64,000 bases of DNA from Klebsormidium nitens (lineage: Eukaryota > Plantae > Klebsormidiophyceae). The position numbers and the translations under genes are program-made. Of the stretch, positions 13,799 to 24,724 are shown piece by piece. Below the pieces are notes generated by a model that ran no database searches, was not told where the DNA came from, and saw only the letters and a program-made list of their open reading frames with translations. The stretch is from positions 62,001 through 126,000 of the forward strand of contig DF237124.1 of the NCBI GenBank assembly GCA_000708835.1, read 5' to 3'. Numbering within the stretch: position 1 is the first letter of the stretch; each line of letters opens with the position of its first letter.

Positions 13799-14259
13799 TT
13801 TAAGTTGACTGATTATCGTGTGCCATAGATCCTGTTGGTCGAGCTTCATAAACAAATACACTTAAGAGTTTCAGTCGTATCCAATAGGAATGATAAGACG
13901 ACTTAAATTCTAGCACCGAGCTAATCTTCGACCAGTGGTCCTACCGCAAGGTGGCATAACCGTCTGCAACAAAGTGCAAATAAGCCGATTTGATCGTCAA
14001 CTTGGTTATATAGTATACCTGCATGGCATTCCGTCCGCGTCATGTTGATTAAATGCATGTCGATCATACCGTCATCCTACACATGTGCCGCCATGCAGTG
14101 CCTAGCACATGATGCACTTGCTCAAGCCTAGCAGACCTGGATTTAAGACATGCATGGGCGATCTGTGCTCGGTCACACTAAGCATGCAAGCTCTCCGGCG
14201 ATGCAGCAAATCACGTTTAGGCAGGGCCGTGGGCCGGCCAGCGTGCGGCGTGTGTTCAA

Positions 14260-16886
14260 TCAGCATATAGGCATGATTGACGTGGACAATCTCAACTTTG
14301 AATGGAAACGGTTACAGGACTTACGAAAATGCTGCCTGACGGTCTTTGGACAGGCGGCTTGCCTAAAGATCATCACTCGTGAAATTCTTCGACCAGGAGG
14401 ATTCAAACCACATGTAGGCACATGCGACGACGATTGAACATTGAGGAACGTGACCAGACGGGACAAGTAAGTTCGAATGATCGACGTTGCAGAACCAATG
14501 TCGATCGTGTCAGACGCCCTGTTCGGAGATTCCCCATTGTCCAACTCGTCATGCAAAAGCAACCGGGTGCTCTTAAAATGCTTTCGACTCAACGCTTTGC
14601 TAGCCTCTTCCAAGCTGACGTCAGCCAGATTGAAGAAACCCTTTGCATACTTATGAACCTGTTCACCGAACTTCCCCTTGGTCTCGAAATGCTCCCTCAA
14701 CTTGCAGAGAAAGTCGCCATGTGCTCGACCCTGCAAAGCTCGAGAAGTAAACGCAATCAGCGAGTTGCAAGAAGTCTTTCGTCAAACCATCCGGAGCTTT
14801 TTTGCAAGGAACAAGCTGCTCTGCGGCTCTTGAGACGACAGTTGGAGATACTTTCTTGGAAACTCCTGACCACGTCCAGAAGTAGCCTCAATTGCCTTCT
14901 TGGTTACTACTGACCATGTAAGTCACAATTAGTCCGTTATTCAAATGCCACACGCTCGCATTTTGTAGCAACTTTCACAAGAAGGATGGCTATCGCTTTC
15001 AGATTGCTCCCTCCGCAAGAGCGGTTGTCCTGATCCCCTCCCGGTAAAAGATTGACTGGTTAACATGTCAAATTCACTTCAGGACTCACAATCGGCACAG
15101 GTTCCGAACCACTTGCAATGAATCCTCCTTCAACACTAACTTCGACCACTACGTGGTCTAAAACAGCTGAGTGATCAACGACGCGGAAGCAGACGAGGCC
15201 CTCCCGCGACAACGATTCAAAGCGATCCGATCCTAGATATCTTTGTTATCCTTTTCGCCAGGAACGCTCTCACGTTCGCTGTCTCCCATAGGGCATCAAT
15301 CCAGGTCCTGAAAGATGACGCAAAACATGGATCCAGAATGCAGCCTTGCCTCGATGAGCTTTCAGCTTTCCAACGTTTCCTCTCGCCGTCCTTCAACGCC
15401 AAACAGATTGCCCCGACGACTACTATAAGAGATAGAGTAGGGCTGCTCACCTTTCGGTAGTCTGGTGCCCGATCCGGATGTCGTAACAGGTCCATGTTTT
15501 GGTCCTGGTAGTCCCACAGGAACGACGTGTGGTGGAGCCACCGCAGCTTGGTGATGGACTGAGCGTTGCCCCCAAACTTCCGGTTCCCAAAAACGAAGTC
15601 TGGAGGACGGCCACAAGCACAAGACAGTTTGAAAGCGTGTCTCTGTCTGAACTGAAAACAGGATCCCTGTCTTGTCCGAAACCAGGACACTGTTGATCGG
15701 ACATGCTTGGCTAAGATTATTCCAGGAACATAAATTGAAAGCGATTGCGTATCAGGAGATAGTAACCCGGCGCTACAGCCCAGGTGACCGGTGTCAAGAT
15801 GCGGTTGCCTGATCTTGGACCAAAAAAACCCCGGATGACGTACGAAATAGGTCAGGCAGCATGCTTTGGTTAGCTGTTTGATAAAAGTTAAAAAATTCCT
15901 AGCTCACACGAAACTTCAAGCGAGGGGGTCTTGGCACAAATTGTAGAGCGCCAGACAGAACCATATCTTTTGGGACAAGCCTTTGATACAATGAAGCCTT
16001 CAACATCAATGCTCTTTTATTGAGAAGCCCACAAAGGCATCACGCTCCACCCCTTGACTCACCATTCTCCCTCAATCGAAACGCCTCTGCGCCAGGCTTC
16101 GCAAACACATGCTGGTAGAAGGCCTCCATGAAAGCCATGATGTCCCGGGGGTACGGGCGGACATCCGGCATGTCATCCTGCTTCATGAGCAGTGTTGCAA
16201 AGAGGGTGTCCTTGTCCACCACCACAGTGCCCCCGCCGGTGAAGCGCTTGATGACGGGGATACCGACCTTCCGGACCAGGGGGATGTTCAGCAGAGTGGG
16301 GGGCTTCCTGCAATGGGGGAGAAGGAAGGTAAGGTTGCTAACAGAAAAGAGATTGCCAGATGTGCCAGTGCTTGACATAGAAGCTGATAAGGTGACCACG
16401 TGTAGATGTACTTGTTGAGGGACAGCTTGAAGCTGGCGACTGAGCTTGATGAAGCGTCAACTCAAGCAACCTTGTCCAGATGGAAGTAGATGTGCCTAAA
16501 TGCGTTTGCTACTGGGCCAGATCTGTTGCACCACTATCTTTCGGGCCAGTGAGTCCCATTGGAAAGTTTGATGTCTCACTAGCTCAATGCCGATGATCTC
16601 AAAGGACAGTGCCTCCAAGTTTGCCCGGTTGCCAAGCTTCAACGAAGTCACCCCTTTCAAAAATCAGCTTCCAAGAATCTTATCATTCTTACCACCACTG
16701 AGATCAGAGCTGCTTCAGAGCTCACCCTGAGATTCCCATCACAATCGCTGGCTTCTCGGTTCCCTCATTGAGCAACAGCCAGTTCCGGTCATCTGTGCGC
16801 AGCAGCGCTTCTTCCAGCTGCAGCATCCTGAAAATTGAGTACCCCCTCAGCCGCACAACATTGACCAGTGGCCGCACCTCCGCCAT
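14260..16886 (-). CDS. LPLA: Lipoate-protein ligase A-like (BPL_LplA_LipB family); 4 exons
   Basis: MAEVRPLVNVVRLRGYSIFRMLQLEEALLRTDDRNWLLLNEGTEKPAIVMGISG|KP...KRFTGGGTVVVD...REN|DFVFGNRKFGGNAQSITKLRWLHHTSFLWDY...PDYRK|GRAHGDFLCKL...HFKSTRLL. It has the RxxGGGxV motif and the catalytic-Lys KFGGNAQ motif. The exact 3' end is uncertain (open frame to 14260). Confidence 0.88.
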
Positions 16887-17250
16887 TGTGAGAGCAGCCG
16901 TTTCAGAGATAGCAGACTCGTAGCTGCCCCCCTCATTCAACTGAACTAAGAAAAGCTGACACTTCACTGTCAGCTACAAAGCACAGGCCAGCAGAACAGG
17001 TGGCATTGATCGCCTCTCAATTAGCTGTGGCCTTGCTAGGATCCCTGGAATCAGAAGCATTCAGTGAGACGAGTGAGGAAGCAGCAATTGAGATTGAAAG
17101 GAAGAAAAGGGCGCCACTGCACTAGCTGGTCTTTCAGGAACAAAAAGGGAGGAGGTATTACTACTTTCAGAGAAGCTAGTGAACAAAAGAATGAACGCGG
17201 TTGGGTATGCCGATGCTACTCGACATGATCGGGTGCCTGGGGGACTGATG

Positions 17251-17322
17251 AGGTCCCACCGAGAATTGAACTCGGGCATTTGGATTCAGAGTCCAACATC
17301 ATAACCGCTAGATCATGGGACC
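17251..17322 (-). tRNA. trnQ-CUG: tRNA-Gln, anticodon CUG, intronless
   Basis: Minus strand reads GGTCCCATGATCTAGCGGTTATGATGTTGGACTCTGAATCCAAATGCCCGAGTTCAATTCTCGGTGGGACCT. Acceptor stem GGTCCCA/TGGGACC, anticodon stem TTGGA/TCCAA with loop CT-CTG-AA, T-stem CCGAG/CTCGG with loop TTCAATT. Confidence 0.95.
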
Positions 17323-17588
17323 GCGACGTAGCCAGATGCGCCTTCTAAATAACTAAAGCAAATAACTACTCAAGTGGCTCTGAACGAGAACCGTCGATAA
17401 GCGGACTGCTCCAGTCTTGGAAGGTCTCTGAGGTGCGAAGTTGCTGCCCAGTCTCGATCTGAACCGTCCCTGAGCCTGAGGGGACTCGGTCGATGACACG
17501 TGGATCCGGTCGACCACATGGACACATGGCCAGCATAAGTAGACTAGGACCATGTTCTGGGCCGCCGCCGGGCGTCGTGTACCAGAAC

Positions 17589-17765
17589 ACATGTGCAAGG
17601 GCGTCCGGAACTCCGAAAATTGGCCCTCGCTGGGGGGGGCTGGAGGCTGGTGGGGGCAACATCTAGGGGCAATTTTACCCCTAGGTAAAATCGGGCATTC
17701 GAAGGAGCGGGGAGGGCTGGAGGCCGGTTTTATTTTCGGAGTTCCGGACGCCCCTGCAGACATGT
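17589..17765. mobile_element. Foldback / MITE-like element with ~32-bp inverted arms
   Basis: Left arm acatgtgcaagggcgtccggaactccgaaaat (17589-17620). Reverse complement of the right arm (17732-17765) is acatgtctgcaggggcgtccggaactccgaaaat, a 22-bp perfect core. Internal palindrome attttacc-ccta-ggtaaaat. No TSD seen. Confidence 0.6.
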
Positions 17766-18467
17766 TTTGACCCCGTTTTGACACGATGCCCAGGCCCGTG
17801 ACCGCGGACTGGGTATGATAGTGAGGGGTCGCAACCACCATGCCATTTGTCTCATGTGCCAGGTACAGCGGCTGCTCTACAGTTCCCTTTTTAATGCCAT
17901 GGCAACTGAAGCCCGCTTCGTACAATCCGAAGCACACTACTAAAATGTGTTCAACGTCAAACGTTAGTACAGCAACCCCTCTAATAAAGTTTGCATGAAA
18001 TCATCAATATGGTGGCAGCCAATCCATTGGTTTCGCCGCTAGCGGTGGCTTTGAGAGTCGTTATAGCGCACCTTACGCATGACCGTGAGTTGCAACAACA
18101 AGATTGCGAGGTACTACTGTCAAAACGTACGTGCAGCCTTTGAATACCAATGTATGGTGATTATTGCACTCGGCTTCAGCAAAAGGGTATCAGCAACTGT
18201 AAGCGGGCATGTTCTTCAATAGAGTAAATCTCCGAAATCCTGAAGACGTCAAAGCTGGCTTGACGAGATTCCATCATCAGCTTATATTGCAGCACCTATG
18301 TAACCTGTACACAGACCTTCTATTTACAAAAATGTGATACACAGACATACCATATCTTCCCGATGATACCCCCCTTCGCATCAGACCTGTCACTGCGGGC
18401 TACCATGACCAGCGCTACTCTCACTGCGCTATCTAGTCATTCTTATCGTGCCTTGCACCGTGGACCG

Positions 18468-21400
18468 TTAACTTCGCGTCAAACGTTCGAAGTCCCGCGG
18501 GTGACAGTCTTGATGCGCGGTTTGCAACCCGTCACCTGAGCCGCTTGTCTCGACTCCTCTCCCGATCGGCTGCCCGGCCATCTTTCGACCAATCTCCTCT
18601 AGCGTGTAGCCCTTCGTCTCGGGCATCAAGAAGAAGACGAAGAACCATGCGATGGCGCACAGTCCCGCGAACATGGTAAACGTCCAGGGCAGGCCGATGG
18701 ACACCCGCAAGATTGGAAAGGCCTGCGGCAATGGATGACGAGTCTGAGACTGGCGCTCAAAAGCAAAGTTTTGCCCGGAAGTGCAGCGACCAGATAAGGT
18801 CGAGTTGACAGCAAGGATGCTGATGGCCCATTTGGACAAGATTGCTGAGACAGTTTGTGAACAGAGTAGCTGTCTTTTCTACTTGCAAACACATTCGCCA
18901 GCGACCACTTTCAGATGTAAGGTAAGCCGAAGCGAGTCACGGTCGAAAGCTAGCGAGCTTCTCCCTGGACGCTTATGACTTTCTCGGATCGTTCTCGGAC
19001 CACATTTCCTCAGTCAGGCAACAAGTCCAGGGGTCTCGTCAACGGCCTAATCCGCACTACCAGGCATGCAATCCAGGGGATTGCCTAGCGCGCACTAAAT
19101 CGCGCTCACTCTGTCAACACCCGTCGCAACCAAGCAAAACTTTCTGCTGATCGCACGCTCGCCAGAAGTACAAAGAACAGACACGTGGACGACTGAGAAC
19201 CCCGCCCTCACCTCGGTCATGATGATGTTGGACACCCAGTGCATCGAGAAGCAGAGGCTCTGCCCTACGCCACGTGTCTTCATGGGGAAGATCTCGGAGA
19301 TGACCACCGTAGGGACTGGGCCCAGGCCAGTGGCGAATGCGCACGCAAACAGCGATGTACTGCAGGGGTGGGTCTGAGAACGAGTCAGGCTTAGGTCGTA
19401 TAGGACCAACACTGAGTGACTCTACAGTGCTCATGAAAGTTCTACATGGGAATGACAAGCTTCTGAGACCGACTCGGATGCAAGTAGCGAGCTATTTCGA
19501 GGCGGCAAATCTTGGACATCACGAGGCAGCAGAATTGTAGTAAGAACATCTGAAAGAAAGTGACCACGTCTTCAAACATACAGCGGCCCGAAAGGCCGCT
19601 CTTGCCAATAATCTGTTCCAACTTCTTACGTATCGCCCCCGCTTGATTCTCACCGTCCTTTGATCACCAGGCCAGAGGATACCGTCAGCACAAAGCAGAC
19701 GGATCGCCCTTACCTTGCGAGAGACAGCGCCGCGCGCAGCGGCCCTTTCTCGAGGTACGCCGACGTCAGCGCGAGCGTCAGCAGCGACGCGATGTTCACG
19801 GGGATGCTGGAAAGGAGCATGACGCGGCGGCCGGCGGTGTCCATGAAGCGGAACGCGAGCAGAATGGCCGGAAGCTTCATGGAGAAGGAGCACGCGGTCG
19901 CGAGGATCGCGGCGGGCTTGAGGCCGATGTGAAAAGGCCCCCCCGCGAAGAGGGACGCGATGCCGGACTCGCGCAGGACGACGGGGGTGTAGTACAGGAC
20001 AACGCTGATGCCCGACAGCTGCGGGGGGAAGGGAAGCAGTATTTCAGGAGTCGGCTTTCGTACTACAATGAAGACGATATGCGACCCAATTTTTGGAACA
20101 ATGGCCTTACATGACCACCCCCTGATCCCGTTCCAGGTATTTTGCGAGGTCCGTGATCTCGTTCCACGTATTGATCTGTTAATAGCAGGACGTTTAGGAG
20201 ATTGATACAAAGCCAGGCGAAGACAAGAGCATCCAGCAGCAGAAGCAAATGACCATCGTACAAGCGGCTGCCACAAACCAGTCTGCTCGCCGAAACCACA
20301 AAACAATGTTATGCGGATGGGGGCTGCATGCTCCAGTGAGTTGAGAACAAACACAAACGCGTCGCATGCGAAGAAGGGGCGACTTATGAAAAGGTAACAT
20401 CATCGAGGAGAAAGCCAACGAAAGAGCAATGGCTCCCGAAAGCAACCGCACGACACAGAGACGGAAAGCCGAGAAATCAGAACGCAATCAAAACGAGCTC
20501 CTGTCGGAAAGGGCAAGTGTTGGAAACTCAACGAAATTTTCCAGCAGAACCGAGGACTGTCACGACCACGAGAAACAACAAACGAAGAGGTGTCGATCGT
20601 TCTTCCCGACTGCGTTGTTGTGACGTCACATCTACAACCTACCTCCCCGCAACACGGGGGCTGGACTGATTGACCAAACTCACCTCTTGCAGCAGCTTCA
20701 GCCCCATGCCCAGCCCCAGGGCCCGCCAGCTGGCCCACAGCGTGTCGCCCCCGCTCGGTGTCACCATTCCTTCCTCGCCAACTTCTTTGGAGCCGACCGC
20801 TGCCGCCCCGCTGTCGATCTCGTCCTTTTCTCCTTTCCCTTCCTCGTCGACGCCTTCCAATGCCCCCGGGTTTTGGCTCGAGTACCCTCCTGGAGCGTTG
20901 GTCCCACCTTCCCTTGGAATTGGTTCATCGCCCCCTCGAGCTGCGAGCCCGTTTCCAATCCCCTGATTCGCAGATTGCACCCCTTGTGTCTGGTCCGGCC
21001 CTCCTGACTGCGCTGATCCAGTGTGCGCACTCCCTGTGCGCACCTGAGCGCTCGACAGGGCCTCGCCGTTTGACACTGAAACCCCAGAGCCGCCCAGCGT
21101 GGTGACTGCGAGGCCAGGTTGTGCCAGGGGCATGTCGAGCTCCGGCCCCGGCAGGAGGCCCTCCTCCAAACCGCCTGACACCTTGCCGTGTTGGCAGTCG
21201 AGCACGATCAGCGCCAGCTCGTCTGAGAAGAGGAGAATGCACCTCGTTCGATATCCAACATGGACCAAATTCCACGCGTTTGGTAAGGAAGCAATCATCA
21301 AGTCAACAAGAACCAACATGGACTCGGCTTTTATGCGTATAAAGAGGAAAGCAATCAGTAACTCAACATGAACCAACATGGACTCAGATTTATGCGTTTA

Positions 21401-23404
21401 AAGAGGAAGGCAATCAGTATATCAACAGAAATCAACATGGACTCGGATTTCATGCATGTAGAGAAAAGAGCAGATCCTTACGATGAACTAGCTTGCAAGG
21501 GCACTCCGCGGGTTTGTAACGCTCGTGGGTCACTCGAATCATGCTTCAATTCAGGGCAGGAACATTACGACCGGACTCGAGTCACTCCCTCCCTGTCATT
21601 CAACGACTCTTGATGACTGTGCAACTTCGACGTTGCCTTGTGACAATCTCACAACACCGTCGAGCATAAAGCAAGTTTGACTACCCGACACAAACAAATA
21701 CCACAGGTACGCAAACTTCGCCAACCATCCCCTCACCAGAGATGTCTGCATCGTCGCCCCGCAGCATGCGCAGCGCCCGCGCGGCCTCGTCCTTCCTGCC
21801 CGCTTTCACGAGCCACCGGGGGGACTCGGGCGGGAAATTGATGAGCACCAAAAAGATGGCGGCAGGGACGCAGCTGAGCCCGAGCATGAGGCGCCACAGG
21901 GGGGCCGAGGAGATGCCCACGAAGAAGTCGGCGAAGTACGAGAGGATGATACCAATGGTCACCGCCAGCTGGAAGGGGGGTTTGAAAGGGAAAGTCAGGG
22001 AACGATCAACTTGCTAATCGAAACTGGAACAGGGGGGAACAGGGGACTGACGACCTTTCAGAATCTGGTGGTGATGACGGTGCTGTCATAGGGGATGCTG
22101 TGAGGAAGTCTGAGCTGAGAAGTCCAATGTTAAGCCAGCAGTTTTGAGACAAATTTTATAATGCCCACTATTCATGGTGGATTCGTTCTGGATCCTTCGT
22201 CTTGTTGATGACTCTTTCGTCAGGGGTTGTAGTCGAGCTACCTAAGACCACAAATTTTCGAGGCAGAGCTGATACAACATGACCTCCTCCTAGGAGTTAC
22301 AACTGGATTCGTCCCCAAGGATTGCAACCGATTTGACAGCAAGATGCCAAGCAAATGCGCCACAGAGCGAACGCAGCTCCTTTCTCCAACCTTGCAAGCT
22401 TGTGGACCACTTTGAAACTGGTCCTAGGGCAGAAATGAAGACCAATCAACAATGTTAAACTCTCAGCTCCGTTCCTAAAATTCCATTCTTGGATCTCACC
22501 TGCGGCATCGTGTTGAGACTGCCCCGGATGAGCGCCGGAGCGCACTCTGCTATGTACAGCGGAAGCACGGTGGATTGCAGCCCGATCGCAAGCCCCAGGA
22601 GCGCTCTGCCAGCAACTAAAACGGTGATACTTGGCGACCATCCAAGGAGCGCTCCGCACCCAAAGAAGATGTACCCCGCAATCACGAGCGTAGTTCTGCG
22701 TCCCAGAAAATCGGCGGTCGGGCCGGCCGCAAGGGTGCCGATGAGTGCGCCAATGAGGGATGACGACATCTGAAAAAGTGGTCCGGTGGGGCATCGAGAA
22801 CCGGGCTTTTGTGAAGGTAAACAAGGATGCCCAGGCTCTTGACAGAAGATTGGCCAATTGAAAAGGAGGAGAAAAGGCAGCGAACGAATCTGGACTTCAG
22901 ATTCGAAACGACACAGCTGCTTTCCTAAGAACCGGAGGCTTGACCATCCAGTCAGGTCCTAGAAAGTCCCTGCTTTGATGCACCGCAAAGCTCAACTTTA
23001 TAAGAAAACAACCAGAAATTCTTTTGAAAGACCAAACTTTCCAAGTTTCGAAAGCTTGAGCATTATCCACCCTCACATGCAAAGCAAAAATGCCACTTCA
23101 ATACAGGTGCTTCAAAAGCACGCCGTATCAACAAGATATCTGCATATGGGGAATTTGACCACCCTCAGTTCAACACGGCATTCATACATGTCTTCCAGAT
23201 TCATGTGCCAGCTTTCCGATAATCCAACGTCAGAGATGTGGAGCTCACCACCATGCCAATCACTTCCGGAAACTTTTCCAGCTGGAAATCCGCCACTATG
23301 TATAAGAGCGCCCCCCCGATGACCCCCATGTCATACCCCGCCAGCACCTGTGCGCCTGCCGCACACAGCACCACGTACCACACCCAGCCCTGCGCCCGGC
23401 CCAT
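18468..23404 (-). CDS. MFS sugar porter, tonoplast sugar transporter (TST/TMT)-like, with long central loop; ~7 exons
   Basis: GYDMGVIGGALLYI, DFLGRR, LYIAECAPALIRGSLNTMPQ, WRLMLGL, PESPRWLV, a long acidic Gly/Ser-rich loop, QLSGISVVLYYTP, MDTAGRRVMLLSSIPV, GLGPVPTVVISEIFPMKTRG and PETKGYTLEEI are all sugar-porter signatures. The long loop and the MDxxGRRxxLLxxIPV motif point to the TST clade. Confidence 0.88.
21255..21463. repeat. Intronic minisatellite, ~59-bp unit x ~3.5
   Basis: caacatggac recurs at 21256, 21314, 21374 and 21433 (periods 58, 60, 59), with conserved gaaagcaatca and atgcgt..aaagag blocks. Confidence 0.9.
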
Positions 23405-24067
23405 CACTCGCCGCTGCTAGTTGCGCGGCACACCACCAGTTATCAACCCTAATTAGGGTTTGGTTAAATGCTGAATGCCAGATTCAGCCTAGCATCGGTT
23501 AAATTTGAGAATCTACAGATGAAAAGTGGAAGAGCCAGAACGGAGAATGTCAGACGCGCAGCTCAGTCAGAGACCCTCGCCAACATGACGTGATCTTGGT
23601 CAGAAACTTGTGAAGGGAGGTGGTGCAAGTCCCGACGGGGCGGAACAACGTTGCGGCGCAAGACAGCTGTCCAATGGATGATTCAGCCCATGACCCATCA
23701 CGTGTACTCTGAGCTCCACCATGCACATCGCCTTGTTAGCTCCCTGTCCAGGTCAACCATTGGCAGACGTAAAGCAGCGTAAGCTGGATGGATTTATCAA
23801 GTCCTTCGAATCCATCCGGCGGCGGTAGCTCAGTCAGCCCTGTGGGCTGTAGCCAGGGTCGCTAGCTCGGCCTAGAGTCACGGTACACCCACGAGGCGGC
23901 GCATGGCTGGCTGCATGTACCTACCATACGAGCCCCAGAACCAAATCGGGTCCAGAAGTGGATCGGGCTGAGCTAGAAGTGGCTAGAAGTGAATCGGTTT
24001 AGGCATTTGTTACCTTAATCCAGTCTACGCCGATCGCCGATCCATCAAGTTGTTTTGCTCACTTCGA

Positions 24068-24251
24068 TAACTCTCGTGTGACCTAAGAGCCGTGTGACCT
24101 AAGATAGGCACCCGGGGGACGGGTGGGGTTGGTATGGTGGTTAGGGTGGGTTGGGGTGCGGAGCGGGTGATTATTTGGGTTAGGTGTTTTAGTTTGAAGT
24201 GCCCGGGTAACTTGTATCTTAGGTCACACGCCCGTTATCACACGAGAGTTA
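24068..24251. mobile_element. MITE-like element with nested terminal inverted repeats and TA flanks (Tc1/mariner/Stowaway-like)
   Basis: Outer IR taactctcgtgtga at 24068-24081 and 24238-24251. Inner perfect 16-bp IR cgtgtgacctaagata at 24091-24106 and 24215-24230. TA on both sides is consistent with a TA TSD. G/T-rich interior. Confidence 0.7.
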
Positions 24252-24724
24252 CCGGTATGTTTTGCTCTTTTCAGGCGAAACGCACAATCTCGAAATGGCT
24301 GGGGGACAAGCGACCAGGCTGTCATCATCGTCCATCCTGTCAACGTCAACAAATTGACGGCTACGATTCGTCCTCTCCGGCGCAAGAGAGGAGGCCCAAG
24401 CTTAATTAATTAAGAGTCCGGTCCTGGTCGCTAGCAGCTAATGCCCAAGTGCACTCTCAGACTGGCTTCATTAGGTGAAGATCGGACGGCTGTGACAGCG
24501 TTTCGGCCATCTCAGAATTGTGCGTTCCGCCTGTTTTTGGCCAAAATCGAAGGCTTTCAGGGCTGCAAGGATCTCCCCGGGGCCAAATCAAAATGCGACT
24601 GCTGCCCCCGATGGGGTTCAGTCAGACAGGATATGTGCAGAAAACCGATTCTTAAATGGTCCATATTTGGTCTCAGCATTGCAAATAAGCGCGCAGAAAA
24701 TAAGGTGAGCCGGTATATGGTCTC

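Noticed and set aside
17353-17937. 194-aa minus-strand ORF
   Set aside because: It runs through the foldback repeat, has low-complexity composition and no recognisable domain such as a transposase DDE.
21255-21463. Regular ~59-bp periodicity suggestive of a CRISPR array
   Set aside because: The whole unit is repeated with no unique spacers, it is in a eukaryotic intron, and there are no cas genes.
23446-23463. Telomere-like aaccctaattagggtt palindrome
   Set aside because: A single short palindrome, not an array; could be a telo-box or chance.
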